Positions 1 through 12,631 are shown, counted from the stretch's first letter. The stretch is DNA of 64,000 nt from Octopus sinensis (GCF_006345805.1 NC_043018.1:5704001-5768000); one strand, 5' to 3'. Numbers and translations: made by a program. The notes: generated by a model from the sequence alone, not told the origin.

Positions 1-143
1 TGGATAACATCAGTGGCGTGGAGAGGAGAGGCTGGTATGCATGGCGACTGCTAGCCTTCCACAAACAATCTTACCCTGACTTGTGCCTCGGAGGGTAACT
101 TTCTAAGTGCAATCCAATGGTCATTCATGACCGAAGGGGGTCT
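1..143 (+). mobile_element. 3' part of tRNA-derived SINE family D
   Basis: Matches the 3' half of the fuller copies at 39570-39880 and 56385-56720 (...gtgcaatcccatggtcattcatgaccgaagggggtc). Confidence 0.75.
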
Positions 144-578
144 CCTCCTATATATGCGAAAATGTATATATGTATATATTTATATGTGTATGTGAAAGTG
201 TATATTGTATATATCTATATGTGTGTGAATGTGTATATATTTATATATGTATGTGAATGTGTATATATGTATATTCATATGTGTGTGAATGTGTATATAT
301 GTATGTATTTAGATGTGTGTGTAAATGTGTATCACTGTCATTTAACGTCCACTTTCCATACTGGCATGGGGACAGTTTGATTGAGGTCTGGCAAGCCGGG
401 AGGCCACACCAGGCTCCAATCCGATCTGGCAGTGTATATATGTATATATGTGTGTAAATGTGTATACATGTATATATTTATGTGTGTGTAAATGTGTAAA
501 TATGTATATATTTATATATGTGTGTGAATGTGTATATATGTATGTATTTATGTGTGTATGAATGAGTATATATGTATT

Positions 579-785
579 CTTGTTTCAGTCATTTGACTGT
601 GGCCATGCTGGAGTACCACCTTTAGTCAAGCAAATCGACCCCAGGACTTATTCTTTGTAAACCTAGAACTTATTCTATCAGTCTCTTTTGCCGAAATGCT
701 AAGTTATGGGAACATAAGCGCACCAGTTTCAGTTATCAAGCAATTTTGTGGGGGAAAAACACAGACACACGAACATATATATGCA
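579..785 (-). mobile_element. SINE family B, 3' half (5' half at about 3560-3690; separated by the 867-3549 block)
   Basis: Matches the family B end cttgtttcagtcatttgactg..ggccatgctggag found many times in the window. Confidence 0.75.
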
Positions 786-866
786 ACAATGGTGCATCAG
801 CATAGCTGCAGCACTGAGCCGAAACTACAGAAAAAAATAACATATGTAAATATATATATATATATA

Positions 867-1817
867 TTGATTCCGAATTCCTTTTGCCAAGACTGTCCGT
901 AAACGAAGTGATCCCAAGATAAGAAATCCTTGAACTTTAATTCATCCCGTATTTCTATTTATTATTATTATTTATTAATTATTATTATTCTGATCCCCCT
1001 AGACGCCACTCTGTTTACTATTTCAGCCTCGCCTCGTTTTTGCATATTCTGTATAATTCACTAGTTATCGTTATAGATATTTAAGATCTATTCTCCCTTA
1101 CAGGGCTGATAGAAATTGGCTGCCGATTCTTCGCGCCCTTCTCTCCCCCTCTTTTTACATTGTCTGTCTGGACTCCTATGCATACTTAAGCTAGTAACCT
1201 GCCTCATTCTTGATTCCGAATTCCTTTTGCCAAGACTGTCCGTAAACGAAGTGATCCCAAGATAAGAAATCCTTGAACTTTAATTCATCCCGTATTCTAT
1301 TTATTATTATTATTTATTAATTATTATTATTCTGATCCTCCTAGACGCCACTCTGTTTACTATTTCAGCCTCGCCTCGTTTTTGCATATTCTGTATAATT
1401 CACTAGTTATCGTATAGATATTTAAGATCTATTCTCCCTTACAGGGCTGATAGAAATTGGCTGCCGATTCTTCGCGCCTTCTCTCCCCCTCTTTTTACAT
1501 TGTCTGTCTGGACTCCATGCATACTTAAGCTAGTAACCTGCCTCATTCTTGATTCCGAATTCCTTTTGCCAAGACTGTCCGTAAACGAAGTGATCCCAAG
1601 ATAAGAAATCCTTGAACTTTAATTCATCCCGTATTTCTATTTATTATTATTATTTATTAATTATTATTATTCTGATCCCCCAAGACGCCACTCTGTTTAC
1701 TATTTCAGCCTCGCCTCGTTTTTGCATATTCTGTATAATTCACTAGTTATCGTTATAGATATTTAAGATCTATTCTCCCTTACAGGGCTGATAGAAGTTG
1801 GCTGCCGATTCTTCGCG
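867..1817 (+). repeat. Tandem array of a ~341-bp unit, about 2.8 copies (array Z)
   Basis: Unit start ttgattccgaattcc at 867, 1210 and 1549. Copies nearly identical apart from 1-bp indels. Third copy breaks at TCTTCGCG. Confidence 0.95.
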
Positions 1818-3549
1818 GCGCGCCCGCCCTACCCACCCCCACCACCAATACCGAATATCTCTATTTGCTCCAACTATACCGGATGTCGTTTCTCCCACCA
1901 CCATTATAGGTGTCTACTCTTTGAACCCCCCTCTTCAATACGCTATTTCACCATGCATTACCCCTCTCTCGATATCCTACGTTCTACTTGCCTAGAACCT
2001 GTCCTCTGAACCACCCCTCCCACTGGTGTTCCCCTATATTTCTGCACCCCCCACCACCATTATAGGTGTCTACTCTTTGAACCCCCCTCTTCAATACGCT
2101 ATTTCACCATGCATTACCCCTCTCTCGATATCCTACGTTCTACTTGCCTAGAACCTGTCCTCTGAACCACCCCTCCCACTGGTGCTCCCCTATATTCTGC
2201 ACCCCCCCCCACCACCATTATAGGTGTCTACTCTTTGAACCCCCCTCTTCAATACGCTATTTCACCATGCATTACCCCTCTCTCGATATCCTACGTTCTA
2301 CTTGCCTAGAACCTGTCCTCTGAACCACCCCTCCCACTGGTGCTCCCATATATTTCTGCACCCCCCCACTACCATTATAGGTGTCTACTCTTTGAACCCC
2401 CCTCTTCAATACGCTATTTACCATGCATTACCCCTCTCTCGATATCCTACGTTCTACTTGCCTAGAACTGTCCTCTGAACCACCCCTCCCACTGGTGCTC
2501 CCCTATATTTCTGCACACCCCCACCACCATATAGGTGTCTACTATTTGAAGCCCCCTCTTCAATACGCTATTCACCATGCATTACCCCTCTCTCGATATC
2601 CTACGTTCTACTTGCCTAGAACCTGTCCTCTGAACCACCCCTCCCACTGGTGTTCCCCTATATTTCTGCACCCCCCACCACCATTATAGGTGTCTACTCT
2701 TTGAACCCCCCTCTTCAATACGCTATTTCACCATGCATTACCCCTCTCTCGATATCCTACGTTCTACTTGCCTAGAACCTGTCCTCTGAACCACCCCTCC
2801 CACTGGTGCTCCCCTATATTCTGCACCCCCCCCCACCACCATTATAGGTGTCTACTCTTTGAACCCCCCTCTTCAATACGCTATTTCACCATGCATTACC
2901 CCTCTCTCGATATCCTACGTTCTACTTGCCTAGAACCTGTCCTCTGAACCACCCCTCCCACTGGTGCTCCCATATATTTCTGCACCCCCCCACTACCATT
3001 ATAGGTGTCTACTCTTTGAACCCCCCTCTTCAATACGCTATTTCACCATGCATTACCCCTCTCTCGATATCCTACGTTCTACTTGCCTAGAACCTGTCCT
3101 CTGAACCACCCCTCCCACTGGTGCTCCCCTATATTTCTGCACACCCCCACCACCATTATAGGTGTCTACTATTTGAAGCCCCCTCTTCAATACGCTATTT
3201 CACCATGCATTACCCCTCTCTCGGTATCCTACGTTCTACTTGCCTAGTACCTGTCCTCTGAACCATCCCTCCCACTGGTGCTCCCCTATATTTCTGCACC
3301 CCCCCCCATAAAAAGCACCATCCGAACGTGGCCGATGCCAGACCCCTCTGGCACCTGTGCAGGTGGCACGTAAAAAACACCCACTACACTCGCGGAGTGG
3401 TTGGCGTTAGGAAGGGCATCCAGCTGTAGAAACATTGCCAGACTAGACTGGAGCCTGGGGCAGTCCCGAGCTCCCCAGACCCCCGGTCGAAACCGTCCAA
3501 CCCGTGCTAGCGCGGAAAACGGACGTTAAATGATGATGATGATGATGAT
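1818..3549 (+). mobile_element. RTE-tailed non-autonomous element: C-rich head + U array + RTE 3' UTR tail ending in (GAT)n
   Basis: Head 1818-1895. Tail 3308-3549 ends ...gcggaaaacggacgttaaa(tga)n. Inverted sister copy at 60798-61295. Confidence 0.8.
1896..3307 (+). repeat. Tandem array of a ~156-bp unit, 9 copies (array U), inside an RTE-tailed element
   Basis: ccattataggtgtctac recurs at about 1901, 2057, 2215, 2372, 2527, 2681, 2839, 2996 and 3153. Confidence 0.95.
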
Positions 3550-3930
3550 ATATATATATATATATGATGGGCTTCTTTCAGCTTCCATCTACCAAATCCA
3601 CTCACAAGACTTTGGTCGGCCCAAGGCTATAGAAGACACTTGCCCAAGGTACCACACAGTAAGACTGAACCTGGAACCATGTGGTTGATATATGTGACAG
3701 TGTATATATATGTATACATTTATATATGCATTTGTGTATAACATTATCTGGACATCACGTGATCATTGTAAAAATGAGCATCACCAGTCTTCAGTGAAAA
3801 ACATGTCTGGCCAAGGAGAAATACCACCTTACTTAGACACAGGTGAAGGTTGGCAGCAGGAAGAGCATCGAGCCATTGAAAAACCTGCCTCAACAAATTT
3901 CATGTAACCCATGCAAACATGAGAAAATGG

Positions 3931-4335
3931 GAATCTTTTCGGTTTGAACGGCAGTTTTTAACATAATTTCTAGGTAACTAAACACTTTTAAATTTTGTAT
4001 ACTGGTAGAATGTGTTTATAAAACATCTTTTTCTCTTGGCTTTATTGAGAAAATTCTATAGTTTGTAAGATATTTGTTGTTTTTTTTTCCTTCAATTTCA
4101 ACCAATCAGCAACGTCTATTGAGGTAAAAAACATTCTGTGCCATATGAATATGTCCCTCGTTTAAGAAACAGATTGGGTTTTGTGAAGAAAAAAAGATAC
4201 CCTCCCCCCCACCCATAACTAACCCTAACCCTAAAACAGATTGAAATGCAATAGATCGATACTAGGGTCATAAGTGTGGGTGATAATTTCATATGACACT
4301 GCTAGAAAAAACTGCCGTTCAAACTGAAAAGATCC
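3931..4335. mobile_element. ~405-bp TIR element (MITE) with internal TAACCC repeats, nested in an RTE 3' end
   Basis: TIR g(g/a)atcttttcggtttgaacggcagttttt / aaaaactgccgttcaaactgaaaagatcc. Probable 8-bp TSD gaaaatgg/gtaaatgg. Second copy at 19594-20008. Confidence 0.85.
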
Positions 4336-4864
4336 GTAAATGGACTTTCAAATAGATGATGATGATGATAGACATATGTTTCATTAAACAAAGATGTTTA
4401 GAAGAGAAATGGCTGACATGAAACTGCTACAATGACACAACAATAAATCATTCTCGTCTTCCTATCAATATTGTATAAAATAAACTTTTATAGGTTCATA
4501 AAACAAAAACGATACACTTTTTTAAAAAGAAAAATAGTAATTAATAGCAACAGAGATGACATGGGACCAAGAGACTTCTGGTAGTTTGCTGTGCTAGAGT
4601 AGACGTGTCAAACTAATTAAAATCATGGCTGTCTTTATACATACAGGCAAGTCCCCAGCATCTCTCTTGAGTCGAGTGATCCTAATCGTGTGCGTTCATG
4701 GATGTTGGTGCCACGTAAAAAAACGCCTGTGGCAGTGCCACGTTAAAGCACGCAGTACACTCTGTAAAGTGAGTGACATTAGGATAGGCATTCAGCTGTA
4801 GAAACCATGCCAAAACAGACACAGAGTTTGGGCAGCTCTCTTCAGCAAGCCAACTCCTGTCAAA

Positions 4865-5095
4865 CCTATTTCTTTACTACCCACAAGGGGCTAAACACAG
4901 AGAGCACAAACAAGGACAGACAAACGGATTAAGTCGATTATATCGACCCCAGTGCGTAACTGGTACTTATTTAATCAACCCCGAAAGGATGAAAGGCAAA
5001 GTCAACCTCAGCGGAATTTGAACTCAGAACGTAATGGCAGACGAAATACAGCTACGCATATCGCCCGGCATGCTAAATGTTTCTACCAGCTCATC
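4865..5095 (-). mobile_element. tRNA-derived SINE family A monomer, nested in an RTE 3' end
   Basis: Reverse complement of the family A consensus (ggcgagctggcagaa..ttctgagttcaaattccgcc..gcctttcatcctttcggggtcga..aagaaatagg). Confidence 0.85.
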
Positions 5096-5279
5096 GCCTG
5101 TCAAACCATCCAACCCATGCCAGCATGGAAAGTGGACTTTAAATGATGATGATGACACAAATATACACATATTCAGACACAGGTACACACATAAGTACAA
5201 GCTTACAAACACATACATATTTAAACACATATACACTTAAATACATGCACACGCATAAATATACACACACAAACACATA

Positions 5280-5895
5280 TTTAACTCGTTAGCATTTAAA
5301 CCGGTCACATCCAGCCAAAATATTCCATCTGTTTTAAGTTCAAACTGGCCAAATCTGATATCTCATACATACCATACAATGTCATTTTTGAACATAAATC
5401 GCATCATCGAAATCTCAAAGTTACAAGATGAAGCATGATTAATTCAACACAATGTGAATAAATACGCATCACATTCGACAGAATAATTTGAATGCTAAAG
5501 GATTACTGTCCATTTTTTTCATGCTTGCATGGGTCAGATCGAATTTGCTGTGGCAGATTTTCTACGGATGGATGCCCTCTCTGTCACCAACCTGTTTCTA
5601 TGTGAGGTAATGTTTCCCCATGACCAGACAAGTTTTTCGAGGAAGACAAGATACAAGTGACATTGCTTAACACTTTAGCACCCAGATTTCTTTGTCAAAC
5701 ATAATACAAATTAATCCACAGGGTTTTGAATTAATCATGCATTATATTGTAGCTTCAAGATTTCAATTCTGTGTTTGTATATTTTTAGAATGACATTGTG
5801 GGTTAAGCATGAGAGGGTGAATCTGGTCAGTTTTAACAGAAAACAAGTAGAATATTTGGGCCATATATGTGCGGATTAAATGCCAAAGGGATAAA
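5280..5895. mobile_element. Two ~220-bp piggyBac-like MITE copies (5280-5500, 5670-5895)
   Basis: Degenerate matches to the TTAA|CCCTT..AAGGG|TTAA copy at 56084-56307. Confidence 0.55.
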
Positions 5896-6018
5896 TCACA
5901 CTTTGAAGTGTAAAAAAACCAATGGAAAGGACACAATAGATACCCCTAAAAAAATATAACTGGAATGCCTTAGATCACAATCTGTTCCATCAAGATTAAC
6001 CTGGGGTTAAACAACAAC

Positions 6019-6415
6019 TCTTTTACTTGTTTCAGTCATTTGACTGTGGCCATGCTAGAGCACCGCTTTTAGTCGACCAAATCAACCACAGGACTTATTC
6101 TTTGGAAGCCTAGTACTTATTCTATCGGTCTCTTTTGCCGAGCTGCTAAGTTACGGGGACATAAACACACCAGCATCGGTTGTCAAGCGATGTTGGGGAG
6201 ACAAATACAGACACACAAACATACACATACATATATATATATATGCACATACATATATACGACAGGCTTCTTTCAGTTTCCGTCTACCAAATCCACTCAC
6301 AAGGCTTTGGTCGGCCCAAGGCTATAGTAGAAGACACTTGCCCAAGGTGCCACACAGTGGGACTGACCCCAGAACCATGTGATTCGTTAGCAAGCTATTT
6401 ATCACACAGCCCCTC
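6019..6415 (-). mobile_element. SINE family B, near full length
   Basis: tRNA-like head, CORE-like ccttgggcaagtgtctt block, internal (TA/TG)n and a gagtaaaa tail. Confidence 0.85.
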
Positions 6416-7369
6416 CTACGCCCGCCTGATGAAGAAATCTTTGTCTACGAAAATTGATACCCAAGTTTATCCCTGTTATCATTTAATTAACACACTATGA
6501 ACATGATAGAGTGACAGATGTTATTTATTACATTGTTGATTGTAATGCACACAGGAAGAGGCTAACTTCTCTTCGCATTGCACTTCAAACAGAGATGAAA
6601 AGAATAAGAAAAAATTACACGAGACAGCCTCAAGAAACCCAACACACATGATTACAAATGAAGTCAATGGTCATTCATTAAGTGGTCACTATCCTGAGTC
6701 TGCACAGAGTTATAGATAATAAAATAAGCATTATTAACCAACAAGAGAAGCTAGACTAAATGAAATTTAGTGAAGATTGCTGTTCCAAAGGGACAATGAG
6801 AAAGGGTTAGAGAGGGATCAGAGTTTTAAAACATGGCTTCAAAAAGGCTTTCCCCTACCGAATTGTTTTGAAATGTGTGATATGATACAAAAAAAAGAAA
6901 TTGAGAAAATCCTAACCAAAACAGAGAAATTCAAACATATGTGCAACAGCCATTCTGCAAATTCACTGACACTGTTTATAACTAATTGATAATATTTATC
7001 CTTATCATTGATTTATGTCTGCATTCCATACTGGCATGGGTTAGAGAAGTTGTCAGGATCCAAGACAGTTATTATTCGGAATTACTGTTCTCCTGCAAGA
7101 CAGGTTTGGGGATCACATTTTACTCATATGTGACATTTCTGGCATGGTTTCTATGGCTCGGAATTCTTCCTTCTTAACAACAACCTCTTCACAGATTGCA
7201 CAGCATTGATTTTATCCTAACACCAGCAAAAGAGAGATGGATTTCATTGATTAGTGTTAAGCGGTTGTCCCTACATGTGGGTTTGTGGGTCAACTGAATA
7301 AATAATGTACTCAATATCATGCACTGAGTACACTCGTCTTGATTTGTTTTGCAAACTAGAGCGCATGCG

Positions 7370-7405
<36 letters not shown>

Positions 7406-7443
7406 TGTATGCATGCGTTTAATGTTCAATTGTGGTTTAACCA

Positions 7444-8020
7444 TCATCATCATCATTTAACGTCCGCTTTCCATGCTAGCATGGGTTGGACAATTTGACT
7501 GAGGTCTGGCGAACCAGATGGCTGCCCCAGGCTCCAATCTGATCTGGCAGAGTTTCTACAGCTGGATGCCCTTCCTAACACCAACCACTCCAAGAGTGTA
7601 GTGGGTGCTTTTACATGCCACCAGCACGAGGGCCAGTTTGGTGGTACTGGCAACGGCCACGCCCAAATGGTGCTTTTTATGTGCCACCTGCACAGGAGCC
7701 AGTCCAGCGGCACTGGCGACAACCTTGCTCGAATGTTTCGTGTGCCACCAGCATAAGTGCTAGTAAGGCGACGCGGTAACGCTCACGCTCGAATGGTGTG
7801 TTTAACATTTCATCAGCATGAAGGCCAGCTTGTTGCTCTGGCAACGATCTCACTCATATGGTACTCTTAGTGCTCCACTAGCAACGGATGCCAGTCACTG
7901 AGTTTGATTTTGACTTCGATTTCACTTGCCTCAAATGGTCTTCACAAGCAGAGTTTAGTGTCCAATGAAGAAAAGCACGCATAAGTGGACTGGTTACACC
8001 CCTAGCATAGGCCACAAGGT
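7444..8020 (-). mobile_element. 5'-truncated RTE LINE, 3' UTR only (family C)
   Basis: Colinear with the 3' UTR of the ORF-bearing RTE at 17117-18303; (ATC)n tail. Confidence 0.85.
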
Positions 8021-8339
8021 TTTTGCATTCTTATATATGCAAGTGAATTTCGTAGATAGAAACTGAGAGGAAGCCAGTCGCGTGCGTGCGTGTGTGTGTG
8101 TGTGTGTATTCTTATATTTGTTTACCCCACAACCAGTGTTGGTTTGTTTATATCACCATATCTGAGCAATTCAGCAAAAGAAGGCATCTGATGGGGGCCA
8201 ATTTATTACAATGAAAAAAAAAAATTGAAGACGGTGCCCCAGCATGGCTGCATTCCAATGACTGAAACAACAAAAAGAAAGACTTCCACCCATTTTCTCC
8301 CAAATTTGTTTATTTTCTAATTTTTTTTTTGCCAAAAAC

Positions 8340-8750
8340 CCCCGTTTTCAGATACGGAGGTTCCAGAAAATTGCCAAAAATCGGCATTGTTAGATTCCCC
8401 CTCCCCCTAATTCTTCAATTTTGACTTTTTTCCCCAACACTAAACCCCAACCCTAAAACCCTAACCGTAACTACAGAAATGTTTTGAAATTTTTGTCAAA
8501 ATCATTATGTCCGTATTTTTCCGCATATTTAGAAACAAAAATTCTTTAAAAAAATTTTTTACGAAAATTTGGGGAAATTTTTGTTGGAATCATAATCTCC
8601 GTATTTTTCCGCATATTTTGGGGGAAAAAAAGTTCTTAAAAAATTTTTTAAAAGAAGGAAATAGGGGTGGGGAGGGTGGAAATTTTAAAATGCCGATTTT
8701 TGCCAATTTTTTTTTTTTGCAGATTCGTATTCCCCGTAGCCGAAAAGGGG
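8340..8750. mobile_element. Degenerate TIR element with internal TAACCC-like repeats
   Basis: Inverted segments aaaattgccaaaaatcggcatt / aatgccgatttttgccaatttt, with aaccctaaaaccctaacc inside. Confidence 0.45.
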
Positions 8751-9029
8751 GTTAGTGTCAAAAAAAAAATTTTTTTTTAAGGGTAGTTGGGGTGGGGGCT
8801 GAAGTCTTGGTCAACTAAAAGATAAGACACAAAAAAAGGTGTGTGTGTGTGTGTGTTCGGAAACAGAAATACGATGATTAATTAGACAGCACATAAAACA
8901 ATAAACCAGATGTTGGTTGGAACCGATAAAAATAGTAAAATAAACAAAAATATAATTTCAATCAACGATAGCACCTAATTAATTGGTATCAAACATTGGC
9001 AATAGACCAGCAATTTTGAGGAATCTGTT

Positions 9030-9560
9030 TTATCGACCCGAAACGATGAAAGGCAAAGTCGCCCTCAATGGTATTCGAACTTAGAACGTAAAGAGCCGGA
9101 AGAAATGCCGTTATTCATTTCGTCCGACGTACTAACGATTCTGCTCGCTCGCCTTCTTATTTCTTTGTTGCCCACAAGGGGCTAAACACAGAGGGGACAA
9201 ACAAGGACAGACAAAGGGATCAAGTTGATTACATCGACCTCAGTGCGTAACTGGTACTTAATTTATCGACCCCGAAAGGATGAAAGGCAAAGTCGACCTC
9301 GGCGGAATTCGAACTCAGAACGTATGTCTTACAATGATTTCAAATTTTGGTCCAGGCCGAGCAGTCTTTTGGTGGGAGGGGTAAATCGATTACATCGACC
9401 TTAATGCTCAATGATCATTTATTTCATCGACCCCGAAACGATGAAAGGCAAAGTTGAGCTGAGTGGTGTTTGAACTCAGAACGTAAAGCGTCGGAAGAAA
9501 TGGCGTTGAGCAATTTCGTCCGACGCGCTTACGAATTCTGGGAGGTCGCCGCCTTCTTTT
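9030..9560 (-). mobile_element. Cluster of three to four degenerate SINE A-type copies
   Basis: Repeated atcgaccccgaaa(c/g)gatgaaaggcaaagt..gaactcagaacgt blocks. Confidence 0.75.
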
Positions 9561-10929
9561 AATGTCTAAATAATAAACGTACACTTCTCTACAAAAAGGG
9601 TCCAATCGATATATTTCCCCCCCATCGATTTACTGGCATGATCGGAAAACTTCGTTATTTAAATACGGAAGTAAGTTTCAAAACGACTCATTTCTTGATA
9701 ACATATCGATTTGAAAAAAAAAAACGTTTTCTGGAAAAGGAAGTTTATTTAAGTATGTGTCTGTGTGTGTGTATTTTCTTTGCTTCTCATTGTTTATTTT
9801 AGATATAGGTTGTAGATCAAGTTTTATTTATCATCAACTCGGCATTGAGAAAACCGTATAAAACCATAAGTACATACTACCGGTGTGTGCCCACCACCAC
9901 CCGACTTTGTTTCCTCATAACTTTCTGGAAAATGGGTATTTTTTAACGAAATTTTCTACAAATACCTTTCCGATGTTGTAGATTACGATTATATCTGAAT
10001 TTAATGTGAAAAATGTTTTCGGAAGATACAGAGAAGGGAAGCTTTGGTTAATTCATACGCCTTAGCTTTTCTTATTTTATTTTTCTCATGACTTTCCCGG
10101 CGGTTATTTTTTCTCACGAACAACAAGAGGTAGGACAACTTGAAAGAATGTTGCAGTGTTGGCAGCTCATAAATTGACCTCTTCTGGTCCCATATCTCTC
10201 TCAAATATAAAAGCAAAATGCCAAACTAGTCCCAATAATATCAGGGGTATTTCTAAGGCAAATTGAAACTGTATTGCAGCATTAGTTTCCTAGATATTTA
10301 ACTCGTCTGGATCTATATTTCTCAAATATAAAACACAATTTTATGCAGGCGTGGTTGTGTCGGTAAGAAGCTAAACCTAAGACCGCATGATTTCGGGTTC
10401 ATTCCCAAGGTGCGGTACCTTGGGCAAGTGTCTTTTGCTGTCGCCAGGCCAACCAAAGACTTATGGGTGGATTTGGTAATTGGAAACTGAAAAAAGCCTG
10501 TCGCAGCAGAAGTTGATTCAAGGTGACTGTGGATCGGGAGGTGTGAGTCCTGGAAGGAGCAATGCTACAAGGACTCAAAATGGGGCTTGATCCCAGAGTG
10601 GGGGTTAGGTCGCCAGGGTGAAGGTATCAAATTGTTGAAAGACCCGAAACACCGAATGACCCCAGGAAATATTGATTGATGATATATCCGTTTGTATCAC
10701 AAGGACGACGCATGAAAAAAACTGTCCGTGCTTGTCGCCAACACCGCTTGAAAACGGGTATTAGTTTAAGTCCCTGTAACCTAGCCGTTCGGCAAATGAA
10801 GCCGATAGAAGAAGCACCAGACTTTCAAGAAAATAAATTTAAGTGGAGTTAATTTGTTCGACAAAAAAAAAAACCCTGCAAGGCAGTACCCCCAACATTG
10901 AGGTACTATCCAATGTCTGAAATAAATTG

Positions 10930-11086
10930 TAGCTGTGTGGTAAGTAGCTTGCTTACCATCCACATGGTTCCGGGTTCATTCCCACTGCATGGCACCTTGG
11001 GCAAGTGTCTTCTGCTATAGCCCCGGGCCGACCAAAGCCTTGTGAGTGGATTTGGTAAACGGAAACTGAAAGAAGCCCGTCGTATA

Positions 11087-11146
<60 letters not shown>

Positions 11147-11370
11147 ATGCGTGTGTGTGTTTGTGTATCTGTGTTTGTCCCCCTAGCATTGCTTGACAAC
11201 CAATGCTGGTGTGTTTATGTCCCCGTTACTTAGCGGTTCGGCAAAAAAGAGACCGATAGAATAAGTACTGGGCTTACAAAAAAGAATAAGTCCCGGGGTC
11301 GAGTTGCTCGATTAAAGGCGGTGCTCCAGCATGGCCGCAGTCAAATGACTGCAACAAGTAAAAGAGTAAA
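10930..11370 (+). mobile_element. SINE family B, full length (further B fragments at about 10350-10500 and 10720-10915)
   Basis: Complete consensus from gtgtggtaagtagcttgc to aacaagtaaaagagtaaaa. Confidence 0.9.
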
Positions 11371-11404
11371 AATAGAGATATAAAAGCTACGTAAGGGTAC
11401 CCAC

Positions 11405-11533
11405 CTGTTGTTTGGTTCCTTGCTGCAAAGTTGCTTTAAGTTGTTGCTGTTGTTGTTGCTGACAGCTGACGAACACAAGCAACAACTTGAATATTACAAG
11501 CGTAATCCGTATGAATGATCCACCACCGGACAT
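11405..11533 (-). CDS. Candidate first coding exon (43 codons) of an unidentified secreted or membrane protein
   Basis: acaATG start. Open frame MSGGGSFIRITLVIFKLLLVFVSCQQQQQQQLKATLQQGTKQQ has a signal-peptide-like layout and ends at a good phase-0 donor CAG|gtgggt. No downstream exon identified. Confidence 0.42.
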
Positions 11534-11744
11534 TGTCCAAATTCAATCAATGGTTAATTGGTGATAGATATGTTATGCTTTGTATGTGTATACATGTAGG
11601 TAGGTAGGTATATATACGTATACATATACCCGCAAAGATCCGAGTCTTCCAAAGGAAAATAGTTCATGTAATAACATATACAGGTGAATCTGCGTTAAGA
11701 ACGATACATATTTTCTCTTTATACATACATACACAATATAGGTA

Positions 11745-11830
11745 GGTAGAGAGAGAGAGAGAGAGAGGTAGATAGATAGATAGATAGATAGATAGAGAGA
11801 GATATATAGGCAGATAGATTGATAGACATT

Positions 11831-11885
<55 letters not shown>

Positions 11886-11902
11886 GTAGGTAGGTAGGTA
11901 GG

Positions 11903-12001
<99 letters not shown>

Positions 12002-12014
12002 GTAGATAAATAGG

Positions 12015-12082
<68 letters not shown>

Positions 12083-12085
12083 GAG
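11745..12085. repeat. (GATA)n/(GGTA)n microsatellite
   Basis: Direct inspection. Confidence 0.97.
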
Positions 12086-12631
12086 GGGGAAAACTTCGAA
12101 AGAAAAAAGATCAAGAGAAAATGGCTATATATTCATATACATTCTGCATGTTAAAATATGAAAAATAATTTTTTTCTAAATAATTAAGATATAAAATATA
12201 TATTTAGAGAAATAAGAAGCATTTTTTTAAAAAAAATCTCAGAACATTCTCTTGCTATTAGCTAGTTCTTACTATAAATGCCCATGTGTGTATATATGTG
12301 GGTGTGTTTAAACATATGTAGGTATGCATAGATGTTTATATACACATACAGGTGTATATATTGAAGCAGGGCCGTTGAGTTCGTCGAATATTTCCACATG
12401 TCTGTCTATATACATACACATGCGTATATAGCAATCAGTTTAAACCATTATTTCTACACGAGTATATATATTATATACTGGTATATATATATATAATAAG
12501 AAGGAAAAGCTTGGAGCTTGATGTTTCCACATGTCCAAAAGTATTTCGATTTCAGTGTTGTGAATAGGAAACGGAAGTCAGGGGGAAATATAATTCAAAA
12601 TGAGAAGAGACTGAATTGTTGCAAAGTGATT

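Noticed and set aside
1896-3307. CRISPR-like or coding interpretation of the regular array
   Set aside because: Units are whole-length repeats with no unique spacers, the context is eukaryotic, and the proline-rich ORFs are frameshifted between units.
12565-12585. ETS-like CGGAAGT motif about 1 kb upstream of the candidate signal-peptide exon
   Set aside because: A single short motif is expected by chance; no other promoter evidence.
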